NCBI GenBank assembly: GCA_965218585.1
Contig: CBDCLE010000011.1
Coordinates: 1 to 64,000 of the forward strand
Reading direction: 5' to 3'
Length of the DNA: 64,000 nucleotides
Source of the DNA: Terriglobia bacterium
Lineage (GTDB): Bacteria > Acidobacteriota > Terriglobia > 20CM-2-55-15
The position numbers were made by a program, and so were the translations under genes. Each line of letters begins with the position of its first letter. Positions within the stretch are counted from its first letter, which is position 1. This document shows, piece after piece, positions 9,201-19,952 of the stretch. The notes beneath the pieces were generated by a model. The model was not told the DNA's origin. It searched no databases and was given only the letters and a program-made list of their open reading frames with translations.

Positions 9201-10442
9201 TTAAGTCTCCTCTCTTGCCGGCCGCTGGCTCAGCAACACCCACAGAATCAATCCCAACGTCGGGCACAAGGCCATCAACCAGAAGGATTCGCTGTACCGC
9301 CCCTGGCCGAACCAGCGTCCGACCAACGGCAACAGAATGACGTTTGCGGCTGACCACGAGCCGGTGGCGATCCCCATCATCATTGCGGACTGTTCGCGCG
9401 GGTATGCGTATGAGTTTGCCTTGAGGACTACCATCTGAAATCCTCCCACGATAAACGCCGTCCAGGAAATCAGAGAAATGGCCAGGACTGGGGATGCGGT
9501 CAGAGTCGTTGCTCCAATCGGAAACGACAATGCGGTAAGGAGCAGAAACATTCCAATGGGGCGGGGCTGGTCGGTGGCAAATCGATCGGCGGCCCACCCC
9601 CAGAAGAAGTAGCCGACCGCCCAGGCAAACGGCGGCGCCCATAGAAGCCGCCCTAAAGCGGCCTGCTCCACACCCAGCCCCTGACTGAAGTACAGAGGAA
9701 CGATGGCCAGAATCGGGCCCATGGAAACCGTTGTCAGGCAGTAGCCGATCACGAGAGCCCAGAACCGCCTCTCAAACGGATTCGGCCACGCCATGCGCGT
9801 CGTCTTCGGCGCTACTTCTGCCAAATACGGAGGACGCGCCCACACCCGCCACAGGAGTATCCACAAGAATCCCAGCACCCCCGTGATTAGAAATGCCGCG
9901 CGCCAACCAAACCGGACCCCGATGGGGATGACGATTATTGGAGTCAGGACGGCCCCGATGGCTCCACCACTAAAGGATGTTGCGATCCCACGTGCGCGGC
10001 GGTCTGGAGGCAGCGACTCGACCGCTGTCCTGAAACCACCGGGGAAGGTTGCTCCCTCGCCAAAACCCAGGAAAGCACGTGCGATTGCGAATCCCAGGAA
10101 ACCGGCCATCAATGCGTGCGAAGCGCTCGCCACACTCCAGACGGCAACGGCCACCACCATGTCCATGCGCAGACCCACTCGGTCCAGAATAGAGCCCCAG
10201 AGCGGATTCCCGATCATGTAAGTGAAGTTGAAGATCGCAAATATCAGGCCGTAGGTTTCTGGAGTCATCCCGGTGTCAGCGAGTATCGTGGGCGCGAGCA
10301 CGGCCATGACCTGCCGGTCCACAAACGCAAGCCAGGAACAACCTCCCATCGCCATGCAGGGGATCCAGATGCGCCATCCCATGGCGTTACCCGACGCCTG
10401 CCCCCCAGCAAGACCCGTCGTTGCTCCAGTTGATCTGACCAT
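9201..10442 (-). CDS. MFS transporter (ACS/ExuT-like)
   Basis: FVDRQ, GSILDRVG and RAFLGFGEGATFP motifs; hydrophobic 12-TM pattern. Confidence 0.88.
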   Translation of the reverse strand: MVRSTGATTGLAGGQASGNAMGWRIWIPCMAMGGCSWLAFVDRQVMAVLAPTILADTGMTPETYGLIFAIFNFTYMIGNPLWGSILDRVGLRMDMVVAVAVWSVASASHALMAGFLGFAIARAFLGFGEGATFPGGFRTAVESLPPDRRARGIATSFSGGAIGAVLTPIIVIPIGVRFGWRAAFLITGVLGFLWILLWRVWARPPYLAEVAPKTTRMAWPNPFERRFWALVIGYCLTTVSMGPILAIVPLYFSQGLGVEQAALGRLLWAPPFAWAVGYFFWGWAADRFATDQPRPIGMFLLLTALSFPIGATTLTASPVLAISLISWTAFIVGGFQMVVLKANSYAYPREQSAMMMGIATGSWSAANVILLPLVGRWFGQGRYSESFWLMALCPTLGLILWVLLSQRPAREET

Positions 10443-10528
10443 AAAGACGGGCCGAAGCGGGATCGGCTCCTTCAGGAAGAATGGTGATCTGGTCTTCCCG
10501 ATTACTCTCAGAACCGAGCGTAATCGGC

Positions 10529-11326
10529 TTAACTTGTGACGAATTGTCGGACCGTCGAGACGAACCGATCGAGATCGTCCCAGGGAATCATGTGGCCCAC
10601 GTTATCGATCCGCACAGAGCGGGCGTCGGGAAGAGCGCCGATGATCTCCCGAGCGTCGGTGTCCGTGATCGTGCCGCCCAGGGCGGCGTACACAAGGAGC
10701 GTATGACTTTTCACCTTAGGTAACAGGGAAAAGATATCCTCTTCATGACAGGAACGATACGACTCTTCTACCGCTTTCTTGTCGCAGGTCGGCAGCCACT
10801 CAGCCCTTAGACCGAGCTCCTGGTCGTTCCAGTTGGGAAGCATCTGCCGCATGGATTCGAAGCCCCCGCCCCGGGAAGTTTCGTCTATTGCGTCCAGATA
10901 CAGTTCGAGCGGCATGGGATATGGCCGACGTCCAGGCCCTGAGACAGGAGGATCCGCAAGGACGACCTTCCCGACCAACTCCGGTGATTGGGCAGCGAGT
11001 TTGATCGCGATTCGGGCTCCAATGGAGTGGCCCAGTATCACAGGCCGATCGAGGTTGAGGGACCGAATGAAGTCCGCTGTGTCGCGGGCGTAGTCTTCCA
11101 GCCAGTACGATAGCTCCGGCCCGCCCGACGATAGGCCACGCCCCCGGTTATCGAGAGCGTAGACATGACCGAATTCGGCCAATCGCCGCGAGACAAAGTC
11201 CCAGGTGATTGCGGGGCTGGTGATACCCGGGATGAGAACCAGCGGTTTGCTCCCGCTTTGATACTCGAGATAGTGGAGACGGATGCCGTTGCACATCACG
11301 TGCCGACCACTAACTTCCTCACTCAT
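10529..11326 (-). CDS. nicD: N-formylmaleamate deformylase (alpha/beta hydrolase)
   Basis: PGITSPAITW, RGRGLSSGGP, GHSIG, DPPVSGPGRRPYP, LRAEWL and GHMIPWDD as in NicD; adjacent to nicX. Confidence 0.88.
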   Translation of the reverse strand: MSEEVSGRHVMCNGIRLHYLEYQSGSKPLVLIPGITSPAITWDFVSRRLAEFGHVYALDNRGRGLSSGGPELSYWLEDYARDTADFIRSLNLDRPVILGHSIGARIAIKLAAQSPELVGKVVLADPPVSGPGRRPYPMPLELYLDAIDETSRGGGFESMRQMLPNWNDQELGLRAEWLPTCDKKAVEESYRSCHEEDIFSLLPKVKSHTLLVYAALGGTITDTDAREIIGALPDARSVRIDNVGHMIPWDDLDRFVSTVRQFVTS

Positions 11327-11373
11327 GAGACTATTCGCGCACTAACTTCTTGGCGTTTTTCCATTGCTCCAGC

Positions 11374-12414
11374 TCAAACACCGTCAGGGCGCATCTTCGG
11401 AATCGAAAGACCCCGGTCTCTCACCACAACCTCACCGTCCAGAGTAAGCGTGCAGTCGCGAAGTGGTATATCCAAATGGCAGGGCGTGTCGTTTGTCCCA
11501 CCAAACTCGCTATTGGGGCCGGTGGAGAAAAGGACGTTCCCATAGAAGGCTCGAGCATCCATCCCAAGTTCCTTGTAAGGATCGCCGGCCAAGGCCATGT
11601 GGTGCCAATCCGCCCGATGGTTGAGTCCCCAGCCGATGTGAGAGATCGCGTAAGCCTTGTGATCAAACTGGGCCATGTAATCGCGCACTAACGCCGCATC
11701 GAGTCCACCTTCGATGTCTTTTACATAGCCACGCTCAATTACGAATTTAACCGGGCTCTGCACGTAGCGGTGGAAATCACAGAGAATGTCTCCGGGGCTC
11801 AGAACCACGATGCCATCGACGCCGTCATCGGAAGCGCCTGTAAAGACGAAACCCGAGGGCCAATGGTCCCAACGGCCTGGTGTATCGGTATAACCGTATT
11901 CGGCCACCACTGGATAAGCCCCCAACTGGTAGGTAACGTCCGTCCCCGCCGGCGAAGTAATGCGCATTACCTTTGCATCTTTCAATAGCTTTTCACCGAC
12001 CTCCACGCGGCGCTTAAGATCCTCGTCGGGAAAGAGGCGGCGCAGCACCTCGATCGGCTCGACAACCAGGAGCACGCGGGTTCCGGCTTTGGTGATCTCC
12101 AACTGCTCGGGGGAAAAGAGCAGAAGCATGAGGTCGATCAGAATGTCGGCGTTTTTGAGGGCTTCGATAGCGGCTCGATTGTTAGCGAGCGCTGTTTGCC
12201 CCCAGCCGTTCCCAGAGCCGCCAATGGTCCGGCGGGACGGAACGTTGACTTGGAAGCACTCCGCGCCCAATTGTTGAGCCGCAATCAGGAAGGCCCGAGC
12301 GTAATCAGCCCGAATCTCGTCTTCACTCAACACCGCAACAGTCTGTCCCGGCCCGACTTTGCAGAGTTCCAGCTCGGCCTTGAACAGTTCTACCATGCTC
12401 GCATCAGCAGGCAT
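11374..12414 (-). CDS. nicX: 2,5-dihydroxypyridine 5,6-dioxygenase
   Basis: EYGYTDTPGRWDHWPSGF, SHIGWGL, MDARAFYGN-LFSTGPN and TPCHLDIPLR as in NicX/Hpo. Confidence 0.92.
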   Translation of the reverse strand: MPADASMVELFKAELELCKVGPGQTVAVLSEDEIRADYARAFLIAAQQLGAECFQVNVPSRRTIGGSGNGWGQTALANNRAAIEALKNADILIDLMLLLFSPEQLEITKAGTRVLLVVEPIEVLRRLFPDEDLKRRVEVGEKLLKDAKVMRITSPAGTDVTYQLGAYPVVAEYGYTDTPGRWDHWPSGFVFTGASDDGVDGIVVLSPGDILCDFHRYVQSPVKFVIERGYVKDIEGGLDAALVRDYMAQFDHKAYAISHIGWGLNHRADWHHMALAGDPYKELGMDARAFYGNVLFSTGPNSEFGGTNDTPCHLDIPLRDCTLTLDGEVVVRDRGLSIPKMRPDGV

Positions 12415-12528
12415 TGGAAACCTCCCTCTCGTTTACACGCGGCTAGATTTACCGGGGCTCTATATTCTCCGTTCTGCTGTTTGAATGGTACGGAATCCCT
12501 TATACCATCTTCCAACGTGTCTGATTTT

Positions 12529-14713
12529 ATGAAACGAACAATCTGTTACACCATCTTCGGGATGCTGCTAACCACGCCGGCTTTCGGTCAGGTCGCGCCC
12601 GACTCCGATGTCCCCATTGTCGTCGACTACGAAGCGGCGCGCCTGGAACGCGTTATCACAGCAGTCGCGATAGCCGAAGAGATTTCCATTGACGGCCTTC
12701 TGGACGAGGCAGCCTGGGAACTGGCGACTCCAGCCACAAACTTTGTTCAGCGACGCCCCAACCCGGGAGCCCCCTCCCTGGAACGCACCGAGGCCCGGTT
12801 CCTGTTTGATGAAGACAATCTGTACGTCGGAGTCTTTTGCTATGACTCCGATCCACGGAATATCGTCGTTAACGAACTGGAGGAAGATTTCGGCTACGTC
12901 AGCGGCGACATCTTTACCGTAGCCATCGACAGCCTTCACAATTTGCAGTCGAGTGTTCTCTTCGTAACCAATCCCGCGGGGGCCAAGGCTGACTTTCAGG
13001 CCGGTCTGACAGGGTTCAATACGGATTGGGATGGCGTGTGGGACGTCCAGGTCACGCAGAACTCCGAAGGATGGATCGCAGAGTTTGTGATCCCCTTCAA
13101 AACTCTACGGTTTTCCAGCGCCACATCCCAGGAATGGGGAATTAACATGAATCGCAACATTCTTCGGATCAACGAAGAGAGCGATTGGACTCCTATTCCG
13201 ATTCGATGGGACCTGTCCCGTGTGTCGCAGTACGGAACCCTGGAAGGTTTGCGGAACATCCGCCCCGGCCACAATTTGAAGATCACGCCGTTCGTGACTG
13301 CCGGTGTGACCTAGGTCCGTCCAACAACCCATTCGGTGACTTCGCCACCGATCCTGATTACGACGGTGGTGTGGACCTGAAGTACAGCCTGACGCCGTCG
13401 CTTACGCTCGACGCCACTTATCGTACTGACTTTGCGCAGGTGGAAGTCGATCAGCAACAGGTCAATCTGACGCGCTTCAACCTCTTCTTCCCGGAGAAGC
13501 GGGATTTTTCCTCGAGAATTCGGGGACGTTCAACTTTGGAGCTGGAAATAACCTGGTTCCGTTTTTCAGCCGCCGGATCGGCCTCGGACGGGAGGGAACG
13601 CCAATACCGATCGTCGGTGGCGCACGTGTGACCGGTCAGGCGGGTCCCTATGACATCGGCTTTCTCGTCATGAAGACCGAGAGTCAGGACCAGACGCCTT
13701 CCACCGAATATGTGGTCGGGCGTCTCAAGAGAAGGTTTCTGACCAACTCCTGGGTGGGTGGCCTCGTGACCGACCGGGAGTCGTCTCTGGATGGGGACTA
13801 CAGCCGTGTTTATGGCATCGACACACACCTCCAGTTCTTCGAGCGTCTCGAACTCGATTCTTTCCTGCTTCGAAGCGACACGCCGGGGTTGGACGAGGGC
13901 AATCAGGCCCGGCAGTTCGAGGCCCGGTGGCGCGACGACGAGTTGATCCTGGCTGCGGGGTACAACGAGATCCAGACCAATTTTAATCCCGAGGTGGGTT
14001 TCGTACGGCGCGGGGACAACACGCATTTCAACGGGGAAGTATCCTGGAATCCTCTGTTCGAAAACAGTCCCGTGTTCAGAAACCTGGTGATTGGTACGGC
14101 GTTCGATTATTACGAGGATGGGGAAAGCGAACAGATCGAAACACGTGAAGAGCGCGTCGATCTCGGTCTTCGGTTCGAAAACAACGGATCCGTCGATTTC
14201 AGTATTCTCCAGACGTTCGATCGATTGAGGGACGTGTTCCCGATCCACAGCAGCGTCTCCATTCCCGAAGGTGACTACCGGTATCTTGGATATTCAGCCC
14301 GGGCTTCCAGCAACCCCTCGGGAAAGATCAGCGGGAATGGAGCTGTGGAATGGGGCGAGTTCTGGAGTGGCCGCCGCCGGTCGTTTACCGGGGGTGTGAG
14401 CTGGAAGCCGAACATCCATTTCAGGCTGGATGTGGACTACACACGCAACCAGGTGAATCTGGCCGAAGGGCGTTTCAGCTCCGACCTCGTGGGCGCCCGT
14501 TTTCTCTATGCTTTCAACCCACGTGCGTTCTTCAACGCGTTCATTCAGTACAATGCGGACACCAATCAGGTCAGTTCAAACATCCGCTTCAACCTCATCC
14601 ATCATCCGCTGAGCGATCTCTTCCTTGTCTACAACGAACTGCGCGACACCAGCAACGGCCAACTGCTCGGACGAGGCATGGTTTTCAAGCTGACGAATCT
14701 TTTCAACTTTTAG
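12529..14713 (+). CDS. DUF5916 / CBM9-like N-domain outer-membrane protein; two frameshifts (~13310, ~13505)
   Basis: IDGLLDEAAW, WIAEFVIPFKTLRF and DFAQVEVDQQQVNLTRFNLFFPEKRDF; C-terminal Phe. Confidence 0.85.
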
Positions 14714-14930
14714 GAGTCCCGGTTGGGCGGCGGCGTCGCGACTCGATCATTGCTGGCGCCAGCTATTGAACTCCATTTGCTTCTAAATCCCTCCTTTAAT
14801 ATCATTTAGCGAGTTTTCGGCGGTTCGTGTCGGCAAACACAATAACGACGGAAGCTGGAACCAAACCGGGTCATGACCAAGTTCCGCGCTTGCCTTGAGC
14901 AGCAACGACTCAAAAAGGACTAGAGCGACG

Positions 14931-16615
14931 ATGTTCCGAACGCAGACTATCCCCCCCGAGTACCTACCGCCCGATGATGCACTCCCCGAAGTGTTCTACA
15001 GCCTTCCTGCTCTGAATTCCTTGTCCCCGTACCTAAATGTCGCCGAGACGCTGATTGATGGCGCGCTAGCCTCCGGAGATGGAGAACGAGTGGCCTATTA
15101 CGAGGGCGAGGGGTCGATCACACATGCCGAGCTCAATCGCCGCATCAATCGCATGGGAAACGGTCTGCGTACGCAGGGAATAGGCCTCGGCGACCGCGTC
15201 ATTCTTCGAATGGACGACGGCGTGGAGCTGGTATGTGCGATTTTGGCGTTACAGCGAATCGGCGCCATTCCTGTTCCGACGTATACGCTGTTACGACCCG
15301 GGGAATTAACCCACCGCATTGACGACACACAAGCCGTTGGCGTTATTGTCCAGGTGGATTTGTTGCCGGCACTGGAGGAGGCCCGTGCCAGCTGCCGGTC
15401 CCTCGGCCACATCATGGTGACGCCGGACCCGGACGCGGATAGTTCTTCTCTGGTTTCCTGGACGGATCTCATCCGGGATCAGCCTGAAACCTGTGAGGCC
15501 GCCGCGACTGGACGTGATGATATTGCGATGATTGCCTATACCTCAGGAACAACAGGCGAGCCGAAAGGTGTGATTTCAACACATGGCGACTTTCTGGCCA
15601 ATGCCGAGTGCTTTTCGCCGGATGTCCTCAACCTGCAGCCTGAGGATATCTTCGCCGGCCCGCCGGCCCTTCCTTTTCGATTGGCACAGTCTTTCTCATC
15701 GTATACACGCTCCGCAGTAGATGTGCGGCCGTATTGTTCCCGAAGAAATCGCCGGCTCTCATCCTGGAAGCGATCGCGCGCCGACGGGCAACCGTGATGG
15801 TCGGGGTTCCGACCTTCTACAATCTCAGCCTGCAGTCTCTCAACGATGGGGCATATGATCTCAGTTCTCTGCGCCTCTGTATTTGTGCCGGCGAACCCAT
15901 GCCACGCTCCCTGTTTGATCAATGGCAGAGCGCTACTGGATTGGGTCTGCACCAGATCTGCGGAACGACCGAACATAGCGGACCCTTCTTCGGACATCGA
16001 AGCGGGCCCGGTGATAAGCCGACGACCCTGGGCATCCCGGTCCCCGGCTACCATATTGTCGTGCGGGATCCCGATACATTTGAAGAACTGCCCCGTAACA
16101 GCGAAGGGTTGTTGACGCTGATGGGTGCAACCGGTACCAAGTACTGGCGTAAACCCGATCAACAACGCAAAGCCATCCGGCAGGGTTGGAGTGTCGTTCC
16201 CGACATCGTCACGATGGACGAGGATGGCTATGTTCACTATGTCGCCCGCGCAGACGATATGATTGTTTCCGCTGGCTACAACATTGCGCCGGCCCATGTG
16301 GAAGCCGTTATGTCTGAACATCCCGACGTGCTGGAAGTGACCTGTGTCGGTGCTCCCGACCCTACGGGGGCACGATCGGAAATCGTGAAGGCCTTCCTGG
16401 TGCTGAGGTCTGGTCGAAACGGGTCTGAAGATCTCAAAGTCGAACTGCAGGAGTTCGTACGGAACCATGCAGCCCCTTATATGTATCCACGTGAGGTCGA
16501 ATTCTTGTCGGAACTGCCAAAGACTTTAACTGGAAAGATCCGCCGGTCTGAACTCAAGCAACAGGCCTGGGAGAATGTGACCCCGGCCCAGGATGGAGAA
16601 AGGAGCATGTCTTGA
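14931..16615 (+). CDS. Aryl/acyl-CoA ligase (benzoate/2-aminobenzoate-CoA ligase-like); one frameshift in a T-run at ~15675
   Basis: YTSGTTGEPKG, AGEP, GTTE, RADDMIVSAGYNI and LPKTLTGKIRR. Confidence 0.88.
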
Positions 16616-17538
16616 ACGAGCCGGTCGATTCGCACAACGAAGACCGTAGCTCTGGACTCCCTGTCGATGGGGAAGAGGCTTCTCGCCGAACGGATACCGA
16701 AGCCATCAAAGAAGTTGGACAGAAGGCAGGAGCCGTCGTTGTGGGTGTAGCGGCTGTTGAAGCATTCAACGAATACGTTCCGGAAGGTCATCGGCCCGAG
16801 GACATCTTGCCCAATGCGAAAAGCGTGGTCGTTGCAGGGGGTCTCGGTCCAACAGCGGGCGCATGGCGTTCTCCGGATCATCGTGTGATGGAAATTACCG
16901 GCTACGATTTCCGTGAAAATGTTGCCGTCCATGTGATGTGCGACCATATCGAAGAGAAGTACGGCTATCAGGCCATCCAGGCGCCTTCACTGCCAACTTC
17001 GGGGCATCATCCTTCGGTGAGCATGATGCTGGCAGCAGTACTCTCAGGCCTGGGCACCCGTTCCCTGGCAGCCAATATCATTTTGAATCCTGAATACGGG
17101 CTGCTATTTTATGCCGCATTGATCACCACGATGCCTCTCGAGCCGGACCACCGACTGGAAAAAGATGCCTGTCCGGCGCCCATGTGTATCAAGACCTACC
17201 AGACCCTGGGGAAGACTCCCTGTATGGCCGCTTGTCCCTCAGACGACGGCGGTTGTCTGGACGGGTCTATTGATGAGAACGGGCGGATCGAATCTTCTTA
17301 TTTCGATCGTGAGCGTTGTGTTTCTCGCTCGCAAAATTTCGGGATCGGGAGTTCTCAAAAGGCATTGGTTGAAATTATCAATGAAGACGATGCCGAGAGC
17401 CGGAAATCGATGATTCATTCAGACTTTTTCACCCAGAGTCTCTCAGCGCTGAGTTTTTATAAGGAGAGTGTGGCTCAGTGTTTTGAATGCATGAGGATCT
17501 GTCCAATTGTGTTTGGGCGTCAAGAGAGATTGAAATGA
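16612..17538 (+). CDS. QueG/reductive-dehalogenase-like Fe-S protein, paralog A
   Basis: VVGVAA...PEDILPNAKSVVV, AAVLSGLG, ILNPEYG, ALITT; CPxPxC...CMAACP...C...CFECMRICP. Confidence 0.8.
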   Translation: MNEPVDSHNEDRSSGLPVDGEEASRRTDTEAIKEVGQKAGAVVVGVAAVEAFNEYVPEGHRPEDILPNAKSVVVAGGLGPTAGAWRSPDHRVMEITGYDFRENVAVHVMCDHIEEKYGYQAIQAPSLPTSGHHPSVSMMLAAVLSGLGTRSLAANIILNPEYGLLFYAALITTMPLEPDHRLEKDACPAPMCIKTYQTLGKTPCMAACPSDDGGCLDGSIDENGRIESSYFDRERCVSRSQNFGIGSSQKALVEIINEDDAESRKSMIHSDFFTQSLSALSFYKESVAQCFECMRICPIVFGRQERLK

Positions 17539-18419
17539 CCGCACGAAAAGAAGAAGGACAAGATACGCCCCTGGATGCCGGGGCGGCAAAGGAAGACTTG
17601 ATGGCATTCGCCTTGAAAAGCGGGGCGTTAGTGGCAGGAGTTGCAAGCGCGGATAGCTTTGAAGATGCACCTGAGGGTTTTCGTCCGGCCGACCTTTTAC
17701 CCGGCGCGAAGAGTGTTGTGGTGGTCGGTGGCGCCCAACCTCGTGCAGGAGACTGGGCTTCTACGATTCCTGAACATATGGAAACCATGGGCGTTGGCGA
17801 TCGGATCAATTCACTCGGGCTGAAGATCGCAAAGTACATCGAAACGAGATTCGGTTACTACGCTCTGTACGTCCCACCAGGATTGAACAAGGGAAACCGC
17901 CCGTTCCTCAGCATCGCAATGGCAGCAGAACGGGCTGGGTGTGGTTCTCAAAGTCTGGCGGGGCCTGTCCTAAATCAGAAGTACGGCTTCATGTATTATT
18001 CAGCGATCATCACAACTCTCTCCCTGCCTGCCTCACCGCTTCCAGACGCCCCGGCCTGTCCGGCCCCGGAATGCCTGGAAATGTGAGAGGAGAAATCGAC
18101 GACGCCCTGCATGGACATCTGCCCGATTGAGGACAATGGCTGCATTGGCGGAAGGATCGAAGATGGACGCGTCGTCGAAAGGCAGTATGACAAAGCCCGT
18201 TGCACCTCACGTGTGTACACGCACTGGGTGCCGGGATTTCAAAAAAGTCTGGAGGCTGCCCTTAACGAAGATGACAAGGAAAAGCGCAAGATGATTCTAT
18301 ACGGTAGCTTTTTCAGCCGAACCCTCTGGTCGATCACCTACGCCTCTCAAAGCCAGGCACAATGCGCAGAGTGTATGCGGGTGTGTCCGGTTGGACAAGA
18401 GACGAGAACGAAGAAATAG
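17535..18419 (+). CDS. QueG/reductive-dehalogenase-like Fe-S protein, paralog B; in-frame TGA at 18084-18086
   Basis: ORFs 17487-18086 and 18111-18419 share one frame; same Cys pattern as paralog A. Confidence 0.8.
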
Positions 18420-18481
18420 CCGGTTAACTATGAATATGCGCTGTACCTGCCACACTTACTTTCACTGGATAGGAGAGATCT

Positions 18482-18793
18482 ATGACCTTCTTTTTCATTG
18501 ACCCGAAAACCTATCAGAAATACAAAGATCAAGTCCTCGAACTCTCGAACTCCATCCAGATCGATATCAACGAACATCTTCCCCGAGAACAGCGCAGAGG
18601 TGGAATGACCGATAAGCAGATTGCGGAAAAGCTGGGGCTGGAAGAACATGTTGCCCGCGAAATCCGGATCGTGGCAGAACGCGATTATTATCCGATTGAT
18701 GAATGGCAGAACGCGATCGAATTCAAGGATAATGCTTGCCGTAGTTATCAGGAGAAAGGCCGTGCCTACGCGACAAAGAAATATCGAAAGTGA
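18482..18793 (+). CDS. Small hypothetical protein with HTH-like segment
   Basis: AGGAG RBS; GMTDKQIAEKLGLEEHVAREI. Confidence 0.75.
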   Translation: MTFFFIDPKTYQKYKDQVLELSNSIQIDINEHLPREQRRGGMTDKQIAEKLGLEEHVAREIRIVAERDYYPIDEWQNAIEFKDNACRSYQEKGRAYATKKYRK

Positions 18794-18802
18794 GGAAATA
18801 AC

Positions 18803-19900
18803 ATGTTTCGTCCAAATCTATTCCTGATTGCCGTTCTCACGTTAACGGTGAGCCTTAACAGCTACGCTCAGTCCGGGGGCACACCATTCAAGCTGGGGTC
18901 GTTTGAAGAGAACGGCAGGGCGTTTGTCGGCATCGTATTGGATGGCGACACGATTATCGATATCGCTTCCGCAAATACCGAGTTGCCCAGACAAGGCAGT
19001 GCCGTCCCAACGCCGGACGACATGAAAGACCTCATCAGCCGTTATCGGGACGGCCTGCGAGCGAGGCTGATCGAGATCATCGACGGTGTCAGTGCCATGG
19101 GGGCCAACAACCGCCCGGCTTACGTGCACAGTCTTGATGAGCTCGAAATCATGCCGCCGGTGATGTATCCCCGGACGGTGATGAACACTGCGTTGAATTA
19201 CACCGAGCATGCCTTGGAGATGGAAGACGTGCGCGATGACGGCGTGGATGCCGAGCCCGGTATTGCGACCAGCGGCGACAGCAGGCCGGGGGGAATATGG
19301 GAGCCGGAGAGCGGTGACCGACGCTGGAATCCTTATATGTTCCTGAAATCTCCGTCGGCTATCATCGCCCACGGCGAGGCCGTGCAGATACCCGTCAATC
19401 GGACCGAAATCGACTGGGAGTGCGAACTGGGAGTGGTCATCGCGCGGACGGCAAGTAACGTTCCGCTGTCGGAAGCTGAGGATTACATCTTCGGTTACAC
19501 GATGGAACTGGATGTTTCCGACCGCCAGGACCGCGGGGATACCCGCTACGGCTCCGACTGGTTGATTGGCAAGTCCCGCGACACGTTCGCACCAATGGGG
19601 CCGTTCATCACACCCAGGGAGTTCGTTGCCGACCCCACGAATCTGGAGATCACCTTTGCCCTGAACGGCAACGTGATGTAGGAATCCAATACCAACCTGA
19701 TGATCCACAACGTCTTTGAACAGGTGGTTTATGGTTCAAATATCCTGACCTTGCTGGCCGGCGACATCATTGGAACCGGGACACCGTCCGGTGTGGGATC
19801 TGCGCGGACCCCCGCGATTTTTCTCCAAGCGGGCGACCGCACCTCATGCACGTACGAGGGAATGGGGACGCTTGAAAACTCGGTTGTCGGAACGAGATAA
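18803..19900 (+). CDS. Fumarylacetoacetate-hydrolase-family protein with signal peptide; in-frame TAG at 19679-19681
   Basis: FLKSPS, IDWECELGVVI, DVSDR and GKSRDTFAPMGP; continues in frame to GDIIGTGTPSGVG. Confidence 0.88.
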
Positions 19901-19952
19901 GCCGATCGGTATTTTCGCGGTTCTCGCTTACGGGCTGCTCTGATTGCCGGCA

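Noticed and set aside
7922-14797. Shared 13-mer AAATCCCTCCTTT upstream of the decarboxylase and CoA-ligase genes
   Set aside because: Only two copies, non-palindromic and anti-SD-like; chance cannot be excluded
18084-18086. Selenocysteine at the in-frame TGA of the Fe-S protein
   Set aside because: Aligns with Tyr (not Cys) in the adjacent paralog, so TGG>TGA is more likely; no evident SECIS hairpin
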